From sequence record DRR378314_1572: DNA of 39,767 bases. The stretch is one strand, 5' to 3'. Positions 9,874-18,441 of the stretch are shown here, in pieces; within the stretch, counting starts at the first letter, position 1, and each line of letters opens with the position of its first letter. The translations under genes were made by a program, and so were the position numbers. Under the pieces are notes generated by a model. The model did no database searches, was not told where the DNA came from, and saw only the letters and a program-made list of their open reading frames with translations.

Positions 9874-10920
9874 CTAAAACCCGACAGGCTTGGGCAGGCC
9901 CGTGGTGGAGAGGCAGATTGCCTTGAAGCGGCTGCCCATATCCTTTGGATCAATCAGGCGCTGGGCGTTGTTGAAAATCGCCTCGGCATGGTCCGGATTG
10001 GCTTCGACCAGCTGGTTCAGGCGCGCTTGTGCGCCGAGCCCCATGAGAAACATGCCTTGCGGGGTCGGGCCTGCCACGTCGAGGCCGATCTTTGTGGCCA
10101 GACGTTTCAGGCGACCGAAATCGACATCGACTGTCAGGTCTGTCTCGCCGGGACGGGCGAGGGGGGAGACCTGTTCGCCATTGCTGAAGGCACGCAGGCT
10201 GTCGCCAGGTGTCGCGTCAGCGGGGCCATAGTCGACAAAAAGGGCGCGCATTGGTGCCGCGCGCGAAACGAGATCAGCCACCAGCAAATCAAACCCGATC
10301 TGCACCTCGACCGCCTCTGAGGTTTCGGCCGCCCCTTCGGGTGCACGTTGTTCGTCTGCCGCCAGGCCGAATGTCAGCTCGCCCTGATCATCCAGCCCGA
10401 CCACGCATTCGCGCCACTGGCCCTCCGCCATGCGGAACTGGCGGACGGGCAGGCAGTCCAGATACTCGTTCGCGACGAGAATCATTGGTCCGGCAGACAC
10501 CTTGGCCAGCGTGTCGACGAAGACCGGGTCGTAATCCTTCAGTTTTTCGCCCTGCTGGCTGCGCAGCTCAGGGCTCGGCTCCACCAGGGTCAGCTGGGCG
10601 GCATCGGCGAATCCGCGACCGCCGGCGACATAAGCAAGGCGCAGCGCATCTGCCATCAGCGTGCCGCGACCGGGGCCGATCTCGACCAGATGGAATGGGT
10701 TCGGCGTGCCCATGGCGCGCCATTCATGCACGACCCAGAGGCCAATCAGCTCACCAAACACCTGGCTGACGTCCGGTGCGGTGATGAAATCCGTGCCTAG
10801 ACCGGGCCGCGTGGCGTAATAGCCTTCCTGCGGATCGTGCAGGGCTAGTTGCATGAACGTTGAAACCGGAATGGGGCCGCCGGTCTCGATCAGGCGGATG
10901 ATGCGGTCTTTCAGGGTCAT
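9874..10920 (-). CDS. SAM-dependent methyltransferase, MidA/NDUFAF7 family
   Basis: GYY...DFITAP.VSQVFGELIG, VEIGPGRGTLMAD, ANEYLDCLP, DYG, DLTVDVDF. Confidence 0.9.
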   Translation of the reverse strand: MTLKDRIIRLIETGGPIPVSTFMQLALHDPQEGYYATRPGLGTDFITAPDVSQVFGELIGLWVVHEWRAMGTPNPFHLVEIGPGRGTLMADALRLAYVAGGRGFADAAQLTLVEPSPELRSQQGEKLKDYDPVFVDTLAKVSAGPMILVANEYLDCLPVRQFRMAEGQWRECVVGLDDQGELTFGLAADEQRAPEGAAETSEAVEVQIGFDLLVADLVSRAAPMRALFVDYGPADATPGDSLRAFSNGEQVSPLARPGETDLTVDVDFGRLKRLATKIGLDVAGPTPQGMFLMGLGAQARLNQLVEANPDHAEAIFNNAQRLIDPKDMGSRFKAICLSTTGLPKPVGF

Positions 10921-10926
10921 GGCAGG

Positions 10927-11883
10927 TCAGTTCTGGGCAGAGGGCTTTTTCTTGAGCGCGTTCCAGACGAGCCATGCGCCACCGATCCACATCGGGATGG
11001 AAAGCAGCTGGCCCATCGTGATCCATTGCGGCAGGCCATCGACGAAACTGTCGGGCATGCGGAAATTCTCCACGATTGTGCGTCCCGTCGCGTAGATAAG
11101 CAGGAACAGGCCGGCGACGAGGCCGGGGCGTTTCAGTGCGCCGAACCGCCAGATCAGCACCGACAACAGGATCAGGGGCAGCCAGCCTTCGAGGACGCTT
11201 TCGTAAAGCTGGCTCGGATGTCGCGCCATTTCGCTGCCATTATAGACCCAGTCGCCTGTCTCCCAATTATAGGAGGGAGGGGTTGAGCCCGGAACATAGC
11301 CCTCCGGAAACACCATGCCGATGGGCGCGTCGGTGTGGCGGCCATAGAGTTCTGCGTTGACGAAATTGGCAAGACGGACAAGCGCAATGCCAATGGGCGC
11401 CACAACGCCCGCCATGTCTCCGATGGAGAGGAGGGATACTTTCCGGCGTTTTGCAAACAGGATCAGCGCAATGGTCACGCCCAGAATACCGCCATGAAAC
11501 GCCATGCCGCCATCCCAGATCTTGAAGATGGTCAGCGGGTTCTGCGCGATCACGTCAAACTGGTACGGCACCATATAGAACAGGACATAGCCAAAGCGCC
11601 CGCCCAGAATGATGCCCAGGATGATCCAGAACATGATGTCATCGAGCTGGTCCTTGGTCAGCGGACTGGTGCCACCGAACAGGTGGGGGCGGCGGATCAT
11701 GGCCGCGCAATACCACCAGGCGAGGCCGATACCGGCCATGTAGCCAAGGGCGTACCAACGCAGATGGAACGTGCTGAGGCCGAGAAAGCCAAGGTCCAGA
11801 GAGACCAGGGCCGGGCTGACATCCGGAAAGGTCAGCGCCGCGGCGGGCAGGAGGGTGGCAGCGAAGCTCATCATATCCAGCAT
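10927..11883 (-). CDS. lgt: prolipoprotein diacylglyceryl transferase
   Basis: RWYAL, GGRFGYVLFY, WDGGMAFHGG, RLANFVNAELYGR, RHPSQLYE. Confidence 0.95.
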   Translation of the reverse strand: MLDMMSFAATLLPAAALTFPDVSPALVSLDLGFLGLSTFHLRWYALGYMAGIGLAWWYCAAMIRRPHLFGGTSPLTKDQLDDIMFWIILGIILGGRFGYVLFYMVPYQFDVIAQNPLTIFKIWDGGMAFHGGILGVTIALILFAKRRKVSLLSIGDMAGVVAPIGIALVRLANFVNAELYGRHTDAPIGMVFPEGYVPGSTPPSYNWETGDWVYNGSEMARHPSQLYESVLEGWLPLILLSVLIWRFGALKRPGLVAGLFLLIYATGRTIVENFRMPDSFVDGLPQWITMGQLLSIPMWIGGAWLVWNALKKKPSAQN

Positions 11884-11968
11884 GCAGCGTCTTTTCCCTG
11901 TATGGATGAGGACCTATCTGATAGGGGAACCAAACCTTGTCCGCCCGATGCCGCGAAGGAGTAGCCGC

Positions 11969-12220
11969 ATGGCCACAACAAATCCACTGCTAGATGACAT
12001 TGCTGGCCTGATGACGGGCGCGATGGGCGCTGCACGGGCCGCCAGCGAGGAGGCGAAAACAGCCGCGCAGGCGCGTGTGAAGGGCCTGATTGCGGATATG
12101 GACCTTGCGGGGCGGGACGAAGTCGAGGCCCTCAAAACCCTGGCGGCAACCGCGCTGGAGCGGGTGGAAGCCCTTGAGGCGCGGGTGGCTGAGCTCGAAT
12201 CGGCGGCCAAATCCGGATAG
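11969..12220 (+). CDS. accessory factor UbiK/BMFP family coiled-coil protein
   Basis: NPLLDDIAGLMTGAMGAA...MDL..RDEVEALK...LEARVAELE; AAGGAG RBS; usual position divergent from lgt. Confidence 0.8.
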   Translation: MATTNPLLDDIAGLMTGAMGAARAASEEAKTAAQARVKGLIADMDLAGRDEVEALKTLAATALERVEALEARVAELESAAKSG

Positions 12221-12350
12221 CCCAACCCACAACCAATCACTGCCTGCCTGTTGACCAGGGGTGGACGCGGGTTCGCTGCCGCGTTTCAACAGGGATGGCC
12301 ATTGGACACGAATCCTGTGTCCATGACTCCAGAGAGCAGGGGAGACTTTC

Positions 12351-12854
12351 ATGAGCCTTGATCTTTCGCGCGAAGAATTTGCCGGAGTGGATCCGCTCGA
12401 CCGTGTTGAAGAGGCCCTCGAAATCGCAGGGTGGCAACACGAACGCGATGAAGAAGGAACCATTCAGGCGGTCGCCGAGACCCGTTGGGGCGATATGGGC
12501 GCGCTGTTCGCGTTCCGCCCTGAGCCGGCTGCAATCCATTTTTCTGTAACTCTGGACGTGAAGCCGGTTGCCGCCAAGCGCAGCCAGCTGTCTGAACTCA
12601 TCATCATGGCGAATGAGCGCCTCTGGCTTGGTCACTTCGACTATTGGGCCGATGAGGGCGTGGTGATCTTTCGCTACACCTTCTCCATGATGGACCGGGA
12701 TGAAGCCTCGCTGGGCGAAATCCGTTCGACGATCGCGGCAGCCGTTAGCGCGGTCGACCGGTTCGTGCCGGCATTCAACTTCCTGATCTGGGCCGGAAAG
12801 ACCCCGCGCGAGGCCATCGACGCGGTCATGTTCGAAACCCAGGGCGAAGCCTGA
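12351..12854 (+). CDS. YbjN domain-containing protein
   Basis: ANERLWLGHFDYW, FVPAFNFLIWAGKTP..A...FETQGEA C-terminus typical of the alphaproteobacterial family. Confidence 0.85.
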   Translation: MSLDLSREEFAGVDPLDRVEEALEIAGWQHERDEEGTIQAVAETRWGDMGALFAFRPEPAAIHFSVTLDVKPVAAKRSQLSELIIMANERLWLGHFDYWADEGVVIFRYTFSMMDRDEASLGEIRSTIAAAVSAVDRFVPAFNFLIWAGKTPREAIDAVMFETQGEA

Positions 12855-12864
12855 GCAGGGCCCT

Positions 12865-13674
12865 ATGGCACGGGGAAAATCGATTGTCCTGATCGGGGCC
12901 GGGCGCATGGGCGGCGCTTTGGCGGCCGGATGGTTGGCTGGACGGTCAAAGCCAAACCTTGCCATCATTGCGCCGAGACCCACGCCACAGGTTCAGGCCT
13001 GGGCGGAGGAGGGGCTGGTCTCTCTCAATCCTGAACCTGCGCCAGCGGATATTGTCGTCCTGGGTGTGAAGCCACAGCAATTTGCGCGTGCGGCGGAAGG
13101 CATGAAGCCCTTCATCGGCGAAAAAACGCTGGTTGTTTCGGTCATGGGCGGGATCAAGCTGGGCCAGCTTGAGGACCGCCTCGGGACACCTCACGTCATT
13201 CGCGCCATGCCCAATACGCCGGGAAGTGTCGGCAAGGGTGTCACCTTGCTGGCCGCAGCTTCCTCGCTGGGGCAGGACGATATCGAGGCCGCCCGCAAAT
13301 TGCTGACGCCGCTTGGACTGGTCGAAGGGCCGATGGACGAAAAGACCATGGTCGCTGCAACGGGTATTTCCGGCTGCGGGCCAGCCTATGTCTTCCTTCT
13401 GGCGGAAGTGATGGCCGAAGCTGGTGAGGCGGAGGGCGTGCCGAAGGAGATGGCGGCGCGGCTGGCTGTCGAGACGATCATCGGCGCGGCGGCTCTGATG
13501 GAAGAGTCCGGGCAGACGCCGAACGAGCTCAGGAAAATGGTGACTTCACCCGGCGGCATCACCCAGGCAGCCCTTGACATCCTCATGGATGACGGTGGGA
13601 TGCCTATCTTGTTGAGAAAGGCCCTGCGCGCGGCGGTTACGCGTGATCGGGAGCTTTCGAGGGAACCCGACTAG
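12865..13674 (+). CDS. proC: pyrroline-5-carboxylate reductase
   Basis: IGAGRMGGA, VKPQ, RAMPNTP, SGCGPAYVF, VTSPGG. Confidence 0.93.
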   Translation: MARGKSIVLIGAGRMGGALAAGWLAGRSKPNLAIIAPRPTPQVQAWAEEGLVSLNPEPAPADIVVLGVKPQQFARAAEGMKPFIGEKTLVVSVMGGIKLGQLEDRLGTPHVIRAMPNTPGSVGKGVTLLAAASSLGQDDIEAARKLLTPLGLVEGPMDEKTMVAATGISGCGPAYVFLLAEVMAEAGEAEGVPKEMAARLAVETIIGAAALMEESGQTPNELRKMVTSPGGITQAALDILMDDGGMPILLRKALRAAVTRDRELSREPD

Positions 13675-13689
13675 AGGACGCGAAACCGG

Positions 13690-14328
13690 ATGACGGATCA
13701 GGCAGGCATATTGGAAAAAGGCCTGCTCGCCGCACTGGAACTGGCCGCCGATACGCAATGGGCAGACCTCACCCTTTCAGAGATTGCAAAAGCGGCTGAC
13801 CTAAAGCTCTCGGACTTTCATGGCGTTTCTGACAAGGACGCACTGGCCGCGCATGCGGACTCCTATTTCGACAAGGCCATGTCGGAGGAGGGCATTTCGG
13901 CGGATGACAGCCCGCGCGAGCGATTGTTCGATGTCATCATGCTGCGCTTCGAAGCGATGGAAGAATACCGGGCGGGTCTGGTCTCGCTGATGAAGTTTCG
14001 GGATCGTACGCCGTCTCTTTTGCTCTCATTGCCAATCGCCCGAAAGCGGAGTGCCGACTGGGCGCTAGTTTCGGCCGGACTGGACAATCGCTCAGGCGCG
14101 CCTGCCGGGCTGAAATCTGTTGCCATCGGATACGTGATCGACAAGGCCGAACGTGCCTGGCGAAAGGAAACCAGCGCCGATTTCGCGCGGACGATGGCCG
14201 CGCTCGACAAGGGGCTGCGCGAAGCTGAAGAGCGAATGGAGCGGCTGCAGCGCTTCACCGGCTGGGGCAAGACAAGACAAAGGCAGGAAAACACTGCCAC
14301 TGAGGAAACGAAACCGGAGGAAACATGA
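13690..14328 (+). CDS. TetR/AcrR-like transcriptional regulator
   Basis: N-terminal HTH-like segment (LTLSEIAKAA), RERLFDVIMLRFEAM, RTMAALDKGL; typical position after proC. Confidence 0.75.
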   Translation: MTDQAGILEKGLLAALELAADTQWADLTLSEIAKAADLKLSDFHGVSDKDALAAHADSYFDKAMSEEGISADDSPRERLFDVIMLRFEAMEEYRAGLVSLMKFRDRTPSLLLSLPIARKRSADWALVSAGLDNRSGAPAGLKSVAIGYVIDKAERAWRKETSADFARTMAALDKGLREAEERMERLQRFTGWGKTRQRQENTATEETKPEET

Positions 14329-15420
14329 ATGAGCCGACCAGGCCTCGACGCGAACCCGCTGACACTTGAAGCGGGGTGGTTCAACGCGCTTTTTGATGAG
14401 ATCGGCATTGATGCCGAAGTCAAAGGCCTGACCGCAAAATCCATTGGCACCGGCCAGATTGGCGAGAATGTCCGTTTCGTTTTCGATTACGCGCGCAAAG
14501 GCGCGAATGCGCCGGAAACGCTTGTCGGGAAATTTCCATCTGACAGTCCCGAAAGCCTGATGACGGCGAAGATGCTTGGCCATTACGAGCGTGAGGTGAA
14601 TTTCTATCGCACCTTCCCGAAAGTGGCCGGTGTCATCACGCCGAAAGCATTCTACACGGATTATGATGCAGAGACGAACCGCTTCGTCCTGATCATGGAA
14701 GATATGGCGCCATCAGAGCAGGGCGACCAGTTGCAGGGCTGCAGCGTGGCCGAAGCCGAACGCGCGCTGTCCGCCGCGGCGGTCATGCATGCTGCCCATT
14801 GGAATGATCCTGCACTGGACACTTATGCCTGGTTGCAGGGGAGTGAGCTGGCGCCGCCGCCTGCGTTGGCACCGGAGGCCGTGCAGGGGCTGTGGCATGG
14901 CTTCAAGGAGCGGTATGGAGACCGTCTGGAGGCGGATGATATTCTGGTCGGGGATGCATATTCAGCTGTCTTGCCTGCCTGGAGCGAGAGTTATGAAGGT
15001 CCGCATGCGCTGACGCATAATGATTTCCGGCTCGACAATATGCTGTTCGGCGCGGACACGGCCCCCAAGCCGCTGGCCGTTGTCGATTGGCAGACAGCCG
15101 GCAAAGGCGCGCCCGCTGGCGATGTGGCGTATTTCATCGGCGCGGGCCTGACCCGGGAAGACCGGCCACAGCATGAGCTGGCGCTGCTGCGCTTCTATCA
15201 TGCGCGATTGGAAGAGGCAGGCATCCGGGAGTATCCGTTCGAGGCGCTATACGATCATTATCGCTGGTTCAGCTTTTACGGCATGTCGGTCGCATTCGGG
15301 GCTGCCATGCTGGTGAAACAGACCGAGCGCGGCGACGAGATGTTCCTGACCATGCTGCGCCGTCACGCGGCTCAGGCGCGCGAGAATGATGCGTTGAATT
15401 TGCTGCCAAACCCGGCGTGA
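14329..15420 (+). CDS. aminoglycoside/choline kinase-like phosphotransferase
   Basis: YEREVNFY, LIMEDM, HNDFRLDNMLF (Brenner motif), VVDWQ. Confidence 0.85.
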   Translation: MSRPGLDANPLTLEAGWFNALFDEIGIDAEVKGLTAKSIGTGQIGENVRFVFDYARKGANAPETLVGKFPSDSPESLMTAKMLGHYEREVNFYRTFPKVAGVITPKAFYTDYDAETNRFVLIMEDMAPSEQGDQLQGCSVAEAERALSAAAVMHAAHWNDPALDTYAWLQGSELAPPPALAPEAVQGLWHGFKERYGDRLEADDILVGDAYSAVLPAWSESYEGPHALTHNDFRLDNMLFGADTAPKPLAVVDWQTAGKGAPAGDVAYFIGAGLTREDRPQHELALLRFYHARLEEAGIREYPFEALYDHYRWFSFYGMSVAFGAAMLVKQTERGDEMFLTMLRRHAAQARENDALNLLPNPA

Positions 15421-15621
15421 AACTTATCAGTTGTGTAATGTTTCCGCCGGATTCCCGGCGAGTGTCCCGGCCCGGTACAGGTTTCCAAACATTCCTCTAA
15501 CCGGTGCCGTGAAACTGACGAGGTTGCTTATGCCTCGGCTTAAAACTGCTCCTGTATGGTCTGCTTCATGGCGCCCGGAGAAACCGGGCAGTCCTGTCAC
15601 GACAACTAGAATGGTGTGGAC

Positions 15622-15894
15622 ATGGAACAGCAAAACACTCGCAATCTCAGCGTCCCCGGCCCGGATGGCCAGATGCTGACCCTGGCGGATCTTCCGTCGC
15701 CGAATATTTCCCGCTGGGTTACCCGTCGCAAAGCTGAAGTCGTTGCTGCAGTCTCAGGGGGGCTCCTGAGCCGCAAGGCAGCCTGCGATCGCTACAGCCT
15801 GAGCGATGAAGAATTCGAGACGTGGGAAAAGCTTTACTCCCGTCACGGCACCAAGGGCCTGCGTACAACACGCTTGCAACAATACCGCCGCTAG
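15622..15894 (+). CDS. sciP: CtrA inhibitor SciP (DUF1153)
   Basis: GPDG..LTLADLP....RWV.RRKAEVVAAV.GGLLS...AC.RY.LS.EEF..W.....HG..GLRTTRLQQYR. Confidence 0.95.
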   Translation: MEQQNTRNLSVPGPDGQMLTLADLPSPNISRWVTRRKAEVVAAVSGGLLSRKAACDRYSLSDEEFETWEKLYSRHGTKGLRTTRLQQYRR

Positions 15895-15926
15895 ACTGCG
15901 ATCATGTTTAACGGAAAGTTTTTTCG

Positions 15927-15942
15927 TTAAACTCAAATTTAC
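15927..15942 (+). promoter_or_regulatory. CtrA-binding site (class II flagellar-type promoter)
   Basis: TTAA-actcaaa-TTTAC, 8/9 match to TTAA-N7-TTAAC; a second TTAAC at 15908. Confidence 0.7.
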
Positions 15943-16004
15943 AAGCCAGCGCCTATCACTGGTCCCCGAATGCCGGAAAACCACGCCGGTATGGGGAGTT
16001 TCTG

Positions 16005-16685
16005 ATGGAAAACAGGCTTGTCAGACTTAGAAACAGCGCGATGCTCTCCACACGAGCGGTCGCGCTGTTTGCGCTTGTGATTGCAGTTGTGCTCAGCTCC
16101 TGGCGCGGCGCAGACCTGTTTACCCATCCCGTCGAGGCCTGGGTGCCGGGCTCCACCATTGAAGCCTCGCTCATGGGGATTCTGGAGCCAGTCGCCGGAA
16201 ATGGGAATATTCGCCTGTCCGTTACAGGCGATGGCGGGTCTGGCCGATCTGTCCTCATCCTGCTGGAAAGCACGGCCGCAGAAACTGCGCCGACCCTGCA
16301 ACGCCTGGCGACATCTGCGTTGCTTCTGTCGCCGGAAGCCGGCGACCAACTCGTCATCGAGCAGGCAGAATTCGCGCGCGGCGTTGCCGGGCGTCCGGAT
16401 GCGGCCGGTTGGACGGAACTCGGCCTCTATGCGTTGCTTTGCAGCCTGCTGGCCTGGGTCGGTTTTCGTGCGCCCGCCGATGAGGCTGTCAGCGTTTCCC
16501 AAGATACGCCCGCCGCTGAAACGAAGACAGCGCGCCGTGACACAGCCGAGATCATTCCTGCGCCGACCACACCACGCACCGTCCGCCAAGCCGATCCTGA
16601 TGCGGCGGCGCTGGTGCGCAAGGATCCAGCCCGGACAGCTTCCATCCTGCGCAGCTGGATGCGCGGAGAAGGGGGCGCCGCATGA
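16005..16685 (+). CDS. fliF: miniature FliF-like MS-ring protein (TM - RBM3 core - TM - FliG-binding tail)
   Basis: ILEPVAGNGNIRLSV, RSVLILL, AGDQLVIEQAEF and C-terminal LVRKDPARTASILRSWM are FliF signatures; only 226 aa; overlaps fliG at ATGA. Confidence 0.75.
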   Translation: MENRLVRLRNSAMLSTRAVALFALVIAVVLSSWRGADLFTHPVEAWVPGSTIEASLMGILEPVAGNGNIRLSVTGDGGSGRSVLILLESTAAETAPTLQRLATSALLLSPEAGDQLVIEQAEFARGVAGRPDAAGWTELGLYALLCSLLAWVGFRAPADEAVSVSQDTPAAETKTARRDTAEIIPAPTTPRTVRQADPDAAALVRKDPARTASILRSWMRGEGGAA

Positions 16686-17611
16686 CCGCGCTCGCCATTG
16701 CCCGTCCGCGCAAGGAAACCGGATTGGCTCGGTCGGCACGCCTGATGCGCGCGCTCGGCCCGGAAGCTGCACCTGTCTGGAATGAATTGAGCGCTCAGGA
16801 AGCGCGCGCTTTGTCTGCCGCAATGGACGCGCTGGATGACAATCAGCGCGAAGATGCCAGTACGCTGGAGACCTACAAACAGGCGCACCAGACGCCGGAA
16901 GCTGACATATTTAATCAGAACTCGGTCTGGGCCAGCGCATCAGAACTCGAGACCCGCGATCTGCTGAACCTTGCTGAAGGCCAGCATCCTCAGACACTGG
17001 CGCTCATGGTGTCAAAACTGGACGGGGCGGCCTCGGCCCGTTTGCTGAAATCGCTGGAAAGACCGCTCGCCGTCGATGTCATGCAACGCTTGCTGCATAT
17101 CGGGCCTGCACATCCCGCGGCGATCACGGCCCTTGAAGCGGCTGTCGGTGGCTGGATGAACAATGCTGCGCCATCTGCGCGCAGCGGCGGTCATGAGGGC
17201 GTGGCCCGTATCTTCGACCGGATGGATAGCCGCGCAGAGACAGATTTGCTGTCTGCACTTGAAACGGCGGAGCCAGGGTCAGGTGAGCGTGTGCGTTCCC
17301 TGATGTTTACGTTTGATGATCTTGCCGCTCTGGATGCCGGCGGTCTGCAAACCTTGCTGGCAGCGGCAGACCGTACGCGGCTGACCTTTGCGCTGAAAGG
17401 CGCGCGAGAAGAGACGCAGGCGGCTTTCTTCCGCAACATGACCCAGCGCGCGGGCGAGCTGCTGCGCGAAGAGATTGTCATGCTCGGCTCGGTTCGCCGC
17501 AGTGAAGTCGAGACCGCTCGTATGGAGCTGGTTGATCTGGCGCGCACTCTGATCGAACGCGGCGACATTCGCGCAGGACGCCCGCAGGACGAGGATGAAC
17601 TCGTCGAATGA
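16682..17611 (+). CDS. fliG: flagellar motor switch protein FliG-like (divergent)
   Basis: QHPQ (canonical EHPQ), GG linker, MFTFDDL, ALKGA, FFRNMTQRA...REE...VRRSEVE. Confidence 0.9.
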   Translation: MTALAIARPRKETGLARSARLMRALGPEAAPVWNELSAQEARALSAAMDALDDNQREDASTLETYKQAHQTPEADIFNQNSVWASASELETRDLLNLAEGQHPQTLALMVSKLDGAASARLLKSLERPLAVDVMQRLLHIGPAHPAAITALEAAVGGWMNNAAPSARSGGHEGVARIFDRMDSRAETDLLSALETAEPGSGERVRSLMFTFDDLAALDAGGLQTLLAAADRTRLTFALKGAREETQAAFFRNMTQRAGELLREEIVMLGSVRRSEVETARMELVDLARTLIERGDIRAGRPQDEDELVE

Positions 17612-18012
17612 TCCATCGCGCCGTCAAATCCGTTACACCGTTTGAGTTTCGCAGCGATTTCACTGCCGATACGATGAAGCCGGTTGAGGTCGACCCGCCG
17701 GTGAAGCTGACGACGCCGGAATTGCTGGACATGCTGGCCGAGGCACGCGCAGAGGGCGCGGCAACCGCCCGGCTCGAACACCAGACTGACGAATCAGCCC
17801 GCTTGCAAGACGTGACGAATGCTCTCAACGAAGCCTTGGCCAATCTGGTTGCGCTGACCGGACATCTGGAGGCGTGTGCGTATGACGAGGCTTTCAGCGA
17901 GCGTGCCCATGCGTTAATAAGGGCGACGGCCCGCACAATACTGGACGGGCAGGGTGACTTGTTTGCAGCCCGGACTTCCCTGAAGAGCGACAACGCCGAA
18001 GGATCATCATGA
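17608..18012 (+). CDS. truncated FliH/FlbE-like protein
   Basis: Lies between fliG and fliN; N-terminal FEFRSDF aromatic motif and ARAEG coiled-coil; only 134 aa. Confidence 0.55.
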   Translation: MIHRAVKSVTPFEFRSDFTADTMKPVEVDPPVKLTTPELLDMLAEARAEGAATARLEHQTDESARLQDVTNALNEALANLVALTGHLEACAYDEAFSERAHALIRATARTILDGQGDLFAARTSLKSDNAEGSS

Positions 18013-18275
18013 CTCAACCTGCAAATCCCGCGCTGAAGAAAAGCCTGATGGATGTGCCCGTCCGTGTGGACGTGGTGTTGGGTGAAATGCGCATGCCCAT
18101 TGAGGATCTGATGGCGATGGCAGAAGGCGATATCGTTGCCCTTGAGCGCCATACCAATGAACCGATCGACATTTACCTGTCAGATCGCCTCATGGCGCGC
18201 GGCAAACTGGTCATCGCAGATGGTCAGCTTGGTGTCACCTTGTCGGAAATTGTCGACGAGCGTGCCGCGGCCTGA
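18009..18275 (+). CDS. fliN: FliN/SpoA-domain C-ring protein
   Basis: LMDVPVRVDVVLG...GDIVAL....EPIDIY...RLMARGKLVI..GQLGVTLSEIV. Confidence 0.9.
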   Translation: MTQPANPALKKSLMDVPVRVDVVLGEMRMPIEDLMAMAEGDIVALERHTNEPIDIYLSDRLMARGKLVIADGQLGVTLSEIVDERAAA

Positions 18276-18340
18276 GCCGCGCCCAAATTATCATTAAATC
18301 CTTGCAACACGCCGCAATTCCTAACGGAAGAAAGGAAGTT

Positions 18341-18362
18341 GTTAACCTTTCGCGGTGTTAAC
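18341..18362 (+). promoter_or_regulatory. two CtrA-type half-sites upstream of the flhF-like gene
   Basis: GTTAAC at 18341-18346 and 18357-18362 in an AT-rich spacer. Confidence 0.45.
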
Positions 18363-18441
18363 TGTTTCCAATGACAGCATGTCCTGCCGGACTATTGGGG
18401 TGGCACTCGGCGGGGTGATTAACACAAGGGAACATGCAGAC

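Noticed and set aside
15528-15543. Full CtrA box upstream of sciP
   Set aside because: TTAT-N8-TTAA has the wrong spacing; only half-site evidence
16005-18012. Calling fliF' and fliH' pseudogenes
   Set aside because: No frameshifts or internal stops; RBS, translational coupling and the CtrA site are intact; the deletions follow domain boundaries
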